Part shown: positions 21,698 to 35,183 of the stretch, piece by piece
Position numbering within the stretch: the first letter of the stretch is position 1
How the letters are laid out: each line of letters begins with the position of its first letter
Assembly (NCBI RefSeq): GCF_001447785.1
Contig: NW_015177015.1
Location: 458,165 to 522,164 of the forward strand
DNA length: 64,000 nt
Source: Gekko japonicus
Taxonomy: Eukaryota
Reading direction: 5' to 3'
The notes under the pieces: generated by a model
What the model was told of the DNA's origin: nothing
Databases searched by the model: none
Seen by the model: only the letters and a program-made list of their open reading frames with translations
Position numbers and translations under genes: made by a program

Positions 21698-22919
21698 GTA
21701 AATTGTAAAAAATATTTAAAACGCTCTTAATTGTTCTGTGGTCTCTTCATTGGATCCCTGAGGTTAATCCAACATTTACAAATAGATAATAGTCAGATGT
21801 TGAAATTAACTGCTGGTCTGTTTTTGTAATTGCAATGGGCGTATCACATGATAGGAACTAACTTGGGTCAGCTTTGATATCCTAATTTGTCTATGGCTTG
21901 CCTCACTTCTCAGCATCAAACAGAATCTTCAGATGTGATCCAGTGCGCCTGTGTACTGCCCTTTTCCTGGCAGAGCTTCTTCATGTCATCAGACCACTTG
22001 CCCTTGGGCTGCTACAATGCAGGGCAAAGGGGCAGCAAAACACACAGCAAACAAAGTCAATTGGGAAATTTCCTACTCTCAGCAAAGCCCTGCCCACCCA
22101 CTACTCAGAGCAGACCTTCCAAGTGAAATAAATCTTTATCTGGCCTACAGTCCTCCAAACACACCCCTCTTGTGTCTTCCTGCTAATAAAGTGCTGGTTC
22201 CTAAAGTGTAGAGTTCCATGGACTCATATTATTGTACAGTAATGACTTAGAAGTGCTGCCTGCTTCTTTCCTTTTTTGAAAATAAAACGTGGTGTCTCTT
22301 ATTCTGGAATTTATCGCAGTCTTCCATACATCATGGAAATATTTCCAGCTTTTTGTTAATCTCATTCACTTGGCTTTTTGTATTTACTTATGCACTGTTA
22401 AACAGGATTGTTTGTGCATACCGAAGAACCATCCTATCTTGAAAATAGTATTTTGTTTTGTGGTCACCACCCAGGATCATGCAAGATTTCTAGCAAGAAT
22501 TTGCTGCCTAACCAGGAACGATCAGTTATCCAAGACAGTTATGGACAGTGCAAAGAAGCTGAAGCTTTTAGATATAAAACATTTTGCACATGACAAATAC
22601 TTAAATAATAATTTGAATATGTTCATAAATACTTATACTGGCTGGGTCTGCAGTCCTGTGCATAGTCTGTTTTGATATAGTTCCTACCATACGCCACTGG
22701 TTCAAGTCTTCTGGTAGAGTCAATCCTTGGGTAAGAATATATGTCTGTGAGTGATCAGCTATCACATAAGTCAGTGGGGAAAGTAGCTCAGTGCTTCTCA
22801 TCTGAAAAAGGAAATACTTTGTTTATTCAGCATCCATGTAGCCTTTAGAAGGTACATAGTCTGATTCAACAGAGAACAGCTTTACAATTAAACCTTTGAC
22901 GGCAATATTTATTTTTCAG

Positions 22920-23083
22920 AATTTGATGATGCAGCCAACTTGTTGGCAGCAAATCCGGATGCTGTCACAATAAGAATTGATGAGCATGGTGAGAAACCAA
23001 AGAAGAAGCATGGACATCGGCAAGACTCCGGGAGAGAGGAGGATGATGAACTGTTGGGGACAGATGATTCTGATAAAACTGAG
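22920..23083 (+). CDS. YIPF1: YIPF1 coding exon 2
   Basis: EFDDAANLLAANPDAVTI...DDELLGTDDSDKTE; 164 nt. Confidence 0.93.
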
Positions 23084-23840
23084 GTTAGATGATGATGTAT
23101 GGATGTTTCCAGCAAGCTGCAGATTCTTTCCCAAACTATTAATTAACACTTGAGATATCTATTAGCTATCCACAGGAAAGAGTTAACATAGTAATGAGAT
23201 TGCTAGGCAGCAGAAAGGTCATGTTGTCAACAAGGCAGGGGTCTTGGAGGGATTCCTATCCTTCCTACAGACACAGGATTGGAGGAAATGTAGAATTCCT
23301 TACTGTTGGGATGTGGGTTGCCCTGGGGAAGGGAGAGCTTTTCTGTTACTATTACTCACTTGTCATGCAGACTTACTAGTATAGCACAGGGTTGAGAAAA
23401 TGTTCACTCTTGTTATGCTATTAGGTTGCTTGCATGAATAACTTCTCTGGCACTTAATTGTGTTTACAAGATGGCAAGGAGTTATTGACTTCAGAATTTT
23501 CCCTATGAGATAAATGCACTGCTGTAAAAACAAGTTATGTCAAGTACATATAATCTGTCAGCAGCCTGATGTCTCTCCAGAGGGTTCATTTAAGGTTTCC
23601 AGCGGGAGGGGGGGGGGGGGGGGGGCTTGACAAAAAATGACATTTCTTTGAGATAAATTTGCAGAGTTAACAGGCTGTAATGTAGAATACATGGCAAAGA
23701 TTTTGCTGATAATTCTGCTTCCGAATTCGTGTTTCTTTTTTTCCCTGGGCTTTCATAAAAATGTCTGGCTTTTAAAGAGACTTGCTAATATTGAATAAGT
23801 AATCTGCATCAGTATTATAGTAATTTTATTTATTTTTCAG

Positions 23841-23921
23841 TTGCTTGCTGGGCAGAAGAAAAGCGCCCCCTTCTGGACATTTGAGTATTACCAAACATTT
23901 TTTGATGTAGATACATACCAG
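23841..23921 (+). CDS. YIPF1: YIPF1 coding exon 3
   Basis: LLAGQKKSAPFWTFEYYQTFFDVDTYQ. Confidence 0.95.
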
Positions 23922-24344
23922 GTTTGTGATCTGCAGTGACGTCCCCATTAAGAAAGTGTGCATGTTTCTCAACCTCCGCCACCCGTACGTTTGAGAGAGA
24001 GCTGGTGGTGTGTGTAATCTGAAACAACTCAATGTTTCTTTGTCGTACCCTGTTCCCATCCCCATGCCAGTAACATGAGAAATTACGAGGACCATTTATT
24101 TTAACAAGTGTCGTAATGGTTGTTCCCTTCTCTACCACTTCAGGGTGTTGTGCAAGTGTGTTCATAATTTTATAACTTCTGATCTCTATTTGATGTATGA
24201 TTAATAGAATTTGCTTTGCATTTGGTTATCAGGGGTTGTACACACAGATACATCCTGCTATTTAGAGAACAGCACTATTTAGAGAACAGCACCTCTGCAC
24301 CCTCATTAGCACCCTTTTGAAATAATCCTCCTGTAGTATGTATT

Positions 24345-24560
24345 AGAACATGAGAAGCCAATGTTGAATCAGGCCAGTGGCCCATCCAGTCCAACACTCT
24401 GTCACACAGTGGCCAAAAATACCAGGTGCCATCAGGGGGTCCACCAGTGGGGCCAGGACACTAGAAGCCCTCCCACTATTCCGCCCCCCCCCAGTACCAA
24501 GAATACAGAGCATCACTTGCCCCAGACCGAGAGTTCCTATCTATACCTTGTGGCTAATAT
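24345..24560 (-). mobile_element. CR1 3' end
   Basis: Same family as the copies at 9977 and 41738. Confidence 0.75.
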
Positions 24561-24630
24561 TCAACCATCACCTTCCCTGCCCCCATTATTTAAATGATTG
24601 TGCAACTGTGGATTATGGTCAGCAAAATAG

Positions 24631-24930
<300 letters not shown>

Positions 24931-25024
24931 TAACAATCTCATAAGGGGGTTGTTGATATACTTTTGCACTAAATGGAAATGAGTCAGTAAAAATAACTTA
25001 TTGCCTATTTTGTCCCCATTCAAG

Positions 25025-25141
25025 GTCCCTTTTGGATATGTGCAACATTAGTCTTTGCCATTGCTATCAGTGGCAACCTTTCAAAATTCTTCATCCGTCT
25101 TGGTGACCCTTTTTACCCTTATGTGCCTGAATTCAGAAAAG
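25025..25141 (+). CDS. YIPF1: YIPF1 coding exon 5
   Basis: GPFWICATLVFAIAISGNLSKFFIRLGDPFYPYVPEFRK. Confidence 0.95.
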
Positions 25142-25671
25142 GTTTGTAAAACCTATTCCAAACAGGTTTGAAGGCTTGTTTCTTTATCTATCTATAGTCA
25201 TAAAATAATTATTTAAGATATGAAAGACAACTGCATGAAAGGGGGTACGACTGCAGTACAGAAGGTTATGATGTGTCTCTTGAAGTATGCAGTCCCCAGG
25301 GACTTCAAGGCTTACTTTCTCCTTAAGTGTATACTTTCTCCTTAAGTGAGAAGCAAGGAAGGGGGAACAAATACATTGTGTATAATTTTACTCACATGGA
25401 TAGGGAATTTAGATGAGTGGAGCCAAGAACTGGTAGGATATGGACGGATAAAATTGGGTGACACCGGAAAATTATGCATGTATGTCTTGTGATGATCCTT
25501 GGTTGTATATGAATATTGCATTTTGGGGGCCAGGAATTCAAGAACTTTAACCAGCTGTTTCAGGATTTGATTCCTCTTTCTGAGATACATTTATGTACTA
25601 GACCCAGCCAGTGGGAACAGCCTGAAGAGCTGATTTAAAGAAGATGAGTACATTTTCAACAAAATACCCAT

Positions 25672-26860
25672 CAGTGTTCCCTTTAAGCTGTGCCAGCCTG
25701 TACTGGCGCACAAATTCCCAACCGCCAGATCTGCTGTTGAGCGCAGGGCCAGGAATCTTGCCCCCACCCAGCCCCCTCAAGTGCAGGGGAGAGGCACAAA
25801 AGCCAAGCTTTAAATGGCTGGCAGCCATTTTGTGGCTCCCTTCCCCCTCCGCTTGGAAGGGGGGGAGTGAAAGGGAGGCATCTAATGGCTGACCGCCCTT
25901 AAAGCAAACAGCTGACAGGCGGACCTGCCACACTGTTCGCTTTAAAGGGCAAGAAGCCCTTTCAGGGCTCCCTTTCACTTCCCCCAAGTTGGAAGCGGGG
26001 GGAAGTAAAGGGAACGCTGAAAGGGCTTTAAAGGGTGGGAAACACTTTTAGGGCTCCCTTTTGCTCCCTCCTGCTTAGAAGTGGGGGGAAGCAAAAGGGA
26101 GCCCTGAAATGGATGCCTGCCCTTTAAAGCAAGCAGCTGACGGGTGGACCTGCTGGCTGCTGGGTTTAAAAGGTAGGAAGCAAAGGGCTCCCTTTTGCTT
26201 CCCCCAGCTTGGAAACGGGAAGGGAAAGGAAGCCCTGAAATGGTTGCCCCACCCTTTAAAGCCAGCAGCTGACAGGCGGATTCGTCAGGCTGCTGGCTTT
26301 AAAAGGCAGGAAACCATTTCAGCCCTCCCTTTAGCTTCTCTTTGCTTGGAAGGGAAGAGCCAAACTGAGCACTCTAATGGCTGGCTGTCAGTAGAGGGGG
26401 GCCTCTTTCCTTCTTCTTCTTTCCACCCCTTCCTTCCTGCTTCCCCATGAATTTGCTTTCTTTCCTCCCCTTTCCATTTTTTTCTTTTTCCATTTTTCCC
26501 TTTCTTTCCATTTCTTTCCCTTTCCCCCATTCTTTCCGTTTCCTTCCTTTTCTTTCCGTTTCTTTCCATCTTTCTCTCTCTCTCCATTTCTTTCCCTTTT
26601 TCTTTTCCTTCTCCTTTCTTTTTCCTTCTTTCCCTTTTTCCCTTTCTTACCATTTCTTTTTCCCCCTTTTTTCCATTTATTTCCCTTTCTCCCTCCCTCT
26701 CTGCCTCTCTTTCTTTCTGTTTTTTTCCATTTCTTCATGTTTGTAAACGGATTTTTTTTTTTAATTTAGGCTCATTCACAACTTTTATGCTTGTAAATTT
26801 TTTGGCTCACACAAGGTAGGATTTTTGCTCACAACAGTTGACAGGTTAGAGGAAACATTG
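25672..26860. mobile_element. hAT-like non-autonomous element with internal repeats and a pyrimidine-rich low-complexity tract (about 26400-26760)
   Basis: Ends cagtgttccctttaag ... gttagaggaaacattg resemble the TIRs at 16968-17173. Confidence 0.55.
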
Positions 26861-26964
26861 CCTGAATATTATCCAGTACAACTTGCAGTCCATAGAAGCC
26901 ATTAAGTGTCATATCCTTATTGTGCTTTGTATGATTCTTGGTTCTAAAACAAATCTCTTTACAG

Positions 26965-27131
26965 TGTCCATAGCTGCAACAGCTATCTATGCGTATGCAT
27001 GGCTGGTTCCTCTGACGCTCTGGGGATTCCTTATGTGGAGAAACAACAAAGTTATGAACATTGTCTCCTACTCATTTCTTGAGATTGTGTGTGTCTATGG
27101 CTATTCACTCTTCATTTATATTCCAACTGCA
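26965..27131 (+). CDS. YIPF1: YIPF1 coding exon 6
   Basis: VSIAATAIYAYAWLVPLTLWGFLMWRN...VCVYGYSLFIYIPTA. Confidence 0.95.
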
Positions 27132-27617
27132 GTAAGTACAACATAAAGAAATTTAGGAGGAATTTTGAGTAAATGCTGTATAAATGGAGTACCTAAAAGC
27201 AGCTGATGTTCTACACCAGTTGTTTAACTGCGAAAATTTATAATATGAAGCTCGTCCCACTAAGATTGTTCTGTAGGAGATAATGGACGACTGGTTGAGG
27301 CTTATTTCTGCTTGAGGCTGCCCAGTGCAGCAATTCCAGACTGTACCTTGAGTGGTAATAAATTAAAAATATGTTCAGTTGGTAAAATATAGAAAAGGGT
27401 TATGTGTGCTGCTAGTATATATTTTTACTCACTGATATCAGGAAAAGTGATATCCACACTGGGAGCAAATTCTTCTCCAGGCTGCAGGTGACAGTTTGAT
27501 ACCGTTTCTGATAATAGGTGATTTTAAATATAATGTTGCCATGGGACTTTAGTTTGTTAGAGCCAGGAAGCACTGGATTTACAATCAACAGTTGACTTCC
27601 GTTCTTTTTCTTTGCAG

Positions 27618-27800
27618 ATTTTGTGGATCATTCCACTGAAAGCTGTCCGATGGGTTTTGGTCGTATTTGCTCTGTGTCTTTCAGGATCAGTTCTAGCAAT
27701 GACATTTTGGCCTGCTGTTAGAGATGATAATCGAAGGATTGCAGTGGCTACAATTGTGACAATTGTACTTCTCCATGCTTTGCTAGCTGTTGGTTGCTTG
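27618..27800 (+). CDS. YIPF1: YIPF1 coding exon 7
   Basis: ILWIIPLKAVRWVLV...LLHALLAVGCL. Confidence 0.95.
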
Positions 27801-29104
27801 GTATGATACTTCTCTTTCCTCACAGTTCATCAATATATACTTTCCTCTGAGATCAGTTTCCCATGCAGTTCAAAGTACAGATGCTGTGATTTTTTTTATG
27901 GAGGACACGTTCAAACTACACAGCAGGAGATGTTATTTAAACATCGTTAGAAATCTTATTTAAATATCTTTAAAAATTTTCTGTTTATGCAACTCAGCGG
28001 AAAAAGACTAGAGATTGATTTAGCATTTTTTGTTAAATTTCTAGTACACACATTTGCGTAATTTATTTATTTATGTAGCTAGAATATTTGTATGCCACCT
28101 CTTCAGAACTGCTCTAGTAGCTTGAGCACAAGTAAAACAGAACTAAGCAAACAGCCGTGAAAACAATAGAAATAAATCATACCAACCAAAACAAAAACAA
28201 AATCAATAAAAACATTTCAGTAAAATCAGCAAGAAAAACGCATAAAACAAAGCAGTCCAAAATGTTTCCTTCCATGTTACTATAAGCTCTTTGGACTGCT
28301 CAAGCCTTTTTTCTCTTCCCCATTGGTTTACTTTCCACCCCTTTAAATTACATTCATCTGTCCTCCGTGTCTCATGACTCCTAGTGCTCCAGCCTTTTCA
28401 GATGATTGACTTTTTGTTGCTGTTTACAAAGCACAGCATATTTCTCCTTGCCTGGGTGGTTGGTCCCAGGAGCATACAGAAATCAGTACCTTGTCTGTGG
28501 ATGATTGTGTTTTGCTGCTGTACTGATAGGCACTTGACCATTAACTTTGCCATTAGAGGGAAGAATTGGGCAGTCTGTGAGAAATTGCAGTGGATAAAAA
28601 GTTAGTGATCCCCCCCCCCAACGTAAGCACACAAAAAATGAATTCTGGGTTTATTGTTAATTTAGCCATGGTCCTCTGCAATCTATTGCTGCGAGTTCTA
28701 TATAACAATTCTTCCCCTGCAGGATACTGTAAACTCTTTTTGAGCTTAAGCAGGAAAGTACCCCTCACCGTGCCTCCCCCTTCAACTAACACTCAACAAT
28801 CATCATTTTGTGGCTCCTAGATGACAGTGAGCATACTTTGTCCTTGCTGGGCCATCTGATTGGCTTATATATATATTTTTTACAAATTAATATTTTTCTG
28901 TGTGCCAGGGAAGCCCTGAGTATGAAGAAAACGCTGTCTTGGTTTTGAGTAGTTGTTTAACTGCATTACTGATGGTCAAAGGATTATTAGGATTGTTGTC
29001 AAGAGGGAATAAGAGTGTCAACTATGTTATGTAGAATGCAGAGGAAGTTAATTTGTGGTTCTTATAATGTATTGTTTCCTTCCCCACTGTTTCTAATCTT
29101 GTAG

Positions 29105-29194
29105 GCATACTTTTTTGATGCCCCTGAAGTAGCTGTTTCTTCATTTCCTACTGTACTTCCACATAATATAACAGGAATGACAAAATCTCAATAA
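29105..29194 (+). CDS. YIPF1: YIPF1 coding exon 8 (stop codon)
   Basis: AYFFDAPEVAVSSFPTVLPHNITGMTKSQ*; exons sum to 921 nt = 306 aa; donor gtaag follows 5 nt after the stop. Confidence 0.9.
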   Translation, partial: AYFFDAPEVAVSSFPTVLPHNITGMTKSQ

Positions 29195-30316
29195 TTAAGG
29201 TAAGAGGGAAATATTTTAAATACTCTATTAGTGTGTATGTAGTGTGGTTAAAGCAATGAATGCTTATTGGCATTCTGTACCTTAACATTGTGCTTAAAGT
29301 CTGAGGTAGGAATTCTAAGCTTTGCCCACTGTAACTGTTACTATGCAAGGAAAAAGTTTGCAAAATATCCTATTTGCTACTAAGTAGAAGCTCTTGTTCC
29401 AGTTCCTAAAAGGTGAATGACAGTAATAGAAACTTGGGGCTGTTTTGGTAGTCCTTGTTTACCATTTGTGTCCTGTATACGTCAGTTGGGCACATGCTTT
29501 GGGTGAGTCACATAAAACAGCTAAACAAAGGAGAGAAATCCCCATATGCCACATCTCACGTCTGTCCTAGCAGGGGCTGCTGACTTAGATCTTAACGTTA
29601 GTCTAGGAGGCAATATAAAAAGTTATACAGCTGCACAGAACACAATCTGTGTAATAGTTTTTATTAGGACCAATCAAATTGGCACAAAACACAGAAGAAT
29701 GTATGCCCAAACACCTGGACTTAGACCACCACACACTATTTTAAGGTCCTTTTTGACAAAGTGACAGGGCTCCAACACAACATTGGAATTAAAACAAAGG
29801 CAGGTAAGAAGAATAATCAGGGACAGTTTATTGAGAGGAACCAAAGCACAAGCAAGCAATCACAGTAATACTCAATACAAAAAAATAGGAAGGGCTCCCA
29901 CAAATACTTGTCCCCAGTCCCAGCACTTGCACAATACTTATCCACACTGTACCATGCGCAGAGCATTGAAGAGGAGAACAGCAAGGAGAACAGAGGGTGG
30001 TATTGCCTATCTCTGTGAGGATGTTGTTTGGGGTGGCTGATGAGTGTGCAGGGATCTAAAGAGCCAAGTTTACCTTGGACTTACACCAACTCGAAGGTTA
30101 GGAGTTCCATGAGGGATTGTTTAGCAAGGATGCCAAGCAGAAATCCAGGCAGTGGTTTGGATAGTAATTTGAGATGTCTAGAAGGGGCATGCACACACGG
30201 AACATGACAGGAAATTTTAATTTTTAAAAATGTATTATTACATTTCTACCCCGCCCTCCCCNNNNNNNNNNNNNNNNNNNNNNNNNNNNNNNNNNNNNNN
30301 NNNNNNNNNNNNNNAC

Positions 30317-30522
30317 CAATGTTCCCTCTAAGCTGTGGAGTCTTGTGAGCGAAAATCCTACTTTGTGAGCTACGGGCATTAAAGTTGTGAGCGAGCCATT
30401 TGGTTGCTGCATAAATTAGTTTGCTTTGAGGCCATCCTTCCTGAGCTAGAGCGAAAATCTGTGAGCTCGAGGCTAAAAAACTGTGAGCTAGCTCACACTA
30501 ACTCAGCTTAGAGAGAACTCTG
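30317..30522. mobile_element. hAT-type MITE (same family as 16968-17173), next to an assembly gap
   Basis: caatgttccctctaagc ... gcttagagagaactctg. Confidence 0.75.
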
Positions 30523-30969
30523 GTCAGCACCTAGGTTACCCAGTTGAAGCTGAGTGTCAGAATGCTGAGATGTACCTCTTGGGGAATCACAGTGATTTCC
30601 ACAGCATTGGAGGGAGGGTATGGATGGACAGCCTGGTCACATAACAAGGAGAGAGCGAGACTGGGGATGCAAAATGGAAGCAGAATGATCATGACAACAT
30701 CCTTTAGAATAGAGTGTACAGTGCTAGGGAAAGCAACACTGCTGTCTCTTCCCCATCTTAACAAATCTCTTGCATACTATTTATTTATTTATTTGTTCGA
30801 TTTATATCCCGCCCTCCCCACCAAGGCGGGCTCACCAGATAGGTGCTTTGTAACAAAACATATGGCACAACCAGCTCCTAGTACTATTATAAAATATTTT
30901 AATGCCAACAAAGTGGGAGACTAATGCCCTCATTGGGCGATAAATTATTATTAAGTTGTACTTATATAC

Positions 30970-31200
30970 TTCCTGCCAACCTAGCAGTTCGAAAGCAAGA
31001 AATTGCAAGTAGATAAATAGGTACCACTTCAGTGGGAAGGTAACAGCGTTCCGTGCGCCTTGGTGTTTAGTCATGTCGGCCACATGACCACGGAAACGTC
31101 TTTGGACAGCACTGGCTCTTTGGCTTTGAAACAGAGATGAGCACCGCAACCCTAGAGTCAGATTCAACTGGCTTTTGAGCAAGGGAACCTTTACCTTTTT
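30970..31200 (+). mobile_element. Sauria SINE-like element, 3' part
   Basis: gggaaggtaacagcgttccgtg...cacatgacc...gagatgagcaccgc...acctttaccttt tail. Confidence 0.7.
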
Positions 31201-32897
31201 ACTTACATACTATATTTACCCAAATGCAAGACTAGTTTTTTTCCAGGTAGACGCTTTGCAGCAAAACATATGGCATAGCCAACTGCTGGTACCAGTTCAA
31301 AGTATTTTAATGCCAGCAAAGTGGGAGCCTAGCACCCTGAGAAATATAAAATTGGGCTATAAATTATTAGTAAACCATATTACATACTGCATTTACTCAA
31401 ATGCAAGACTAGTTTTTTTTTCCAGGTATGCCATCAAAAAAGAGGTGGTCATCTTACAATCACATACAAATTACAATTATGTCCAGTAATAATATTTTTT
31501 GTATATTACTGGGGGGGGGAAATCATCTTCCTTTCGAGTAAATATGATATTTTAACAAAAGAATCTAATAGAATGAATTGGGTTCCAAGTTAATGTATTT
31601 AATACTGAAATACTATTTGTTGAAGAGGTTTATCTTAAGAGATCCTTGCAGAAGGCAGTGTACAATGAGTTTTATAAAATGTTAAAGAAATGGCCTATCA
31701 TAATGACAAGTAAATTGATACTGTAGGGTGTATGTGTGTGTGAGGCACACAGACACACTGTACGGTCCATGGAGGCTGTGTTGTCTAGTCAGAGGAAGGG
31801 GGCAACACTATCTTCAAATATAGTGCTTCATGTCTCCCCACTCCCCCTCCAAAAAAAAGGATTGTCAGCAGCTAACTTATATAAGAAAAATGAATTCAAG
31901 ACATCACTAGGGTGGATGTTGAACCTGCCCTTGATAATTTATTTCTTAGTGTGTTCAGAAAAATTTCTGTATTGCCTCTCCAGGCAACCTGCCTAAGACA
32001 GTTTCCAAAATAAAAGGTTTTGACTTTACTGCAACACTATCTTCAAATATAGTGCTTTATGTCTCCCCACTCCCCCTCAAAAAAAAAAAAAAGGATTGTG
32101 TGTTCAGAAAAATTTCTGTGTTGCCTCTCCAGGGAACCTGCCTAAGACAGTTTCCAAAATAAAATGCTATAAAAACCTAACACCATGAAAGACCCAACAT
32201 AACATACAAAAACATAACACCATTAAGACCCAGCATTAAAAAACCAGTAATGGCATAAAAACATCACACAGCTTAACATGAGTTTTACAGTTTTCGGTAA
32301 AAGCAGACTATTGAAATGCTGTTAAAAGATCTACCCTTTAATTAAAATTACTCCAGTTCAAAAATTAAGACTTTGAATTTTGATAGATCCATGCTGGAAT
32401 GTTCCTTGATAAAGTATGAAATGTTGGGACCCGGCGTTTATATGCAAGAAAAATATATTTTCAGACAAGCTTTATCTGTTTTCAAAAAGTCTGCCTGATA
32501 ACTCTCTGAAAGTTTATTTATGATGCACAGGCTCATATCCGAATTGGTTTATGTTGAGGATGGGATGGCTTATTGCTTCTAAAAGGGGTTCCCTACAAAT
32601 TAGACTCAGTATTGGGATAGGATGCATGAGGCTGGTCCAGGAAACTCAATAATGATCCAAATGTATTATTTGAAAGGGGTACAGATTTTGTGTTTTAATG
32701 GTACTATATAAATCTGGCAAAATGTTCTGGAATACTTACCAGTATTGTCATAAGGAAATATGGCAAATCTGTGTGTACTCATTAATAAGCTTTTCTTACA
32801 AATAGTACAAAGTGTTGTAGAGTTCAATGCATTTGCTTTTATACACTTCAAATTGTCCTTAATTTTTTAATATCACTTGTTTGTTTTGTCTCCCCAG

Positions 32898-33215
32898 ATA
32901 TCTACTTCTTCATCTGTGCAATACTGTTTTATTGGGACTTTGCCATGCTGAAAAAAAGAAAAGGCAAAGGGCTGAGGAAATGTTAGTGAAACTGTCTGGA
33001 TTTATAGTATTGGACATCTGAATGACCAAGCAGAAATGGGCTTGAGTTCAACTTCTGCTCTGTTGAGTTAAAGGTGAAATACATTCCCATGCTGTGGAGT
33101 CAGTTTCACCTACAGGTTGAAATTTTCCTGATTTACGATTATTATTATTTTTTAATCTTCAGCATAACTTACATTTTAGTGTTTGTCATTGAATAAAAGT
33201 GACTGGAAATACTAC
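32898..33215 (+). other. YIPF1: Probable YIPF1 terminal non-coding exon with AATAAA at 33192-33197
   Basis: Strong acceptor tgtctccccag| at 32897; canonical polyA signal; pairs with the donor at 29199/29200. Confidence 0.6.
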
Positions 33216-33949
33216 CATTATATCAGAAAATTTCTAAATCTGTCTATTAAGTAATCTTCACAGTTAATTTATACTAATTTTATTCTAAAATGTCATATCC
33301 CTTTTCTCCTTAATGTGGGACCCAGCACTGTTTTTAAAGAGAAAGCTGAAGTAGGATCACGTGGAGCCTTTCACATAATCCTTTCACAAAATCCTGCTGT
33401 TTTACAGTATATTTCTATGCGGAGTTACTGCTGTCTAAGCCCACTGAAATCAACGGAGTAATTATGTGGAGGATTGCACTGTCTGGCTGCTGCTTTAAGA
33501 TTTCAAGACAGTGAAAGGCCTTGTTTCATGTACCTGTCACCACCATGCTGCTTCACTGTGCCCTTTGCTTACAGCAGTGAGCAGAATTTTAGTTTCATCA
33601 GGAGGTGAGGAGGCAGAACATCCATTTATGTTAGGCAGGGATTGTAGTCCAATTTTGGAGAAAGGTGGGCTAAAACCATTACAAATAAATAGCATGGCAG
33701 AAAGTGCATCTTCTCTCCATGACTGCAAGTATAGAAGGAGTACACTAGGAGAGTAGTATAACAAATGAAGACTGATCAAGACTTAAGGCAGGTAGTTGTG
33801 AGGATACATGGTAGTGCCATATCAGAAGAACTGACAAACGTGCATTTTAGAGTGTACCAAGATTTAGGAGAATTATTGTAGGTGGGAGGCTCCACTATGC
33901 AAACACAAACAGCAAAAATTACAAGGAGAGCTTAGCAACTATATGAACT

Positions 33950-34900
33950 TCCGGAAACAATAAATATATCAAAAAACCTTTTCGTACCACCAACAGTCGA
34001 GACTAGGGTCTATCGGGCAAGGAGCATGCGCTCTCCTTTGTTCTGCGTAACGCCTTTTCTAGAGGTTGATGGGAAATGTAGTCGCCCGCCCCCCCGGTTT
34101 CTTGCCCGAGCAAGAATGGTACCCGAGCCCTACAACATATTGGGCGCTCCCTGTCTAGAATAGAACGCCTTTCCCCGTTTTAAAACGGCGAGTTTTAAGC
34201 GCCAAGAGAGAGGGAGGGCCCTACTCGCGCGCCCCTAGAGAGCACAGGTGAATGGCGCCCTTCGGCATCGTCCATCCCCCCGGAAGTTGGGGCCCTGCGC
34301 ATCGCGCCAGTCTTTTCCAAGCCCGAATAAATGCTTGAAGCGTCATTCCCTGCGAGCAGCAGCCTCGTGGGAGGAGGAGGGGCCTCAGCGGCGGCCTCTT
34401 CAAATCATGGCGGCGGCGGCGGCGGCCATGAGTCCCGTTACACGAGAGCAGCAGTTGCTGCTCCGCCAGGTCAGTCCCTTCAGTCGTTATTTTCCGCAAA
34501 CGACCATGGCCAGAGTGGGGGAAAGGAGATCCGAATCGGGCAAGAAATCGCCGGAGGCGCTCAGGGGCGGGCAAAGACTAAGAGAGTGTCTTTGCTCCCG
34601 TTGCGGCCAATAGGCTGGCTCCATTTCTGTATCCGTAGCCGTGATTTGCTAAGGCTTTTCCAATGAGCTGGACTGGTTCAGAGAAGGCGATAGCCGTGCG
34701 CCCGGGTCAGGCTTCTAGTGTTCAGGGAACTTCTCGCCCGCTTAGCAAACAGAATGATTTTATTGTTCCCACGGGAAGATACGTGAATGTGGCTTTCCGC
34801 AGTGGTTACACTTAATATGTATGCGAAGAGCGAAGTAGTCGCGGCGGTCCCTTAGCGGGGTGGTTTTAGGGACCTGCCAGTTCCCCGCCGCTGCCTTAAT
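33950..34900 (+). promoter_or_regulatory. CpG island / NDC1 promoter, with ZNF143/THAP11-type ACTACAnnTCCC motif (34071-34082, minus)
   Basis: CpG-rich; gggaaatgtagt is the reverse complement of ACTACATTTCCC; ETS-like CCGGAA motifs. Confidence 0.7.
34407..34469 (+). CDS. NDC1: NDC1 exon 1
   Basis: MAAAAAAMSPVTREQQLLLRQ; Kozak-like atcATGG; donor gtcagt. Confidence 0.8.
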
Positions 34901-35183
34901 GTTGTAGACAGGTGCCCTTTCACAATTTATCCTGTCGGCTGTGTGTGCTGGGTGAGCAAAGAAGAAAGGACTATGTATTAGATCAAGGAGTATGCTACGG
35001 ACGTTTTCTGCGGTGCAGTTCTCGGAGTTACAGCCACTCCCCTTAATTATTTACTGTTGGGTCTCTAGAGTGTGTGCTCTCTGTATTTGTATGAACGTAG
35101 ATCATCGGCAGATTTCATTTTTAAGATGCATATGCTGCATTCAAGGTGACACGAACTAAAAGTGGTATCATTAAATTAATAGA

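Noticed and set aside
26285-26746. Lys/Glu/Arg-rich and Phe/Ser-rich ORFs
   Set aside because: Translations of a low-complexity pyrimidine tract inside an intron.
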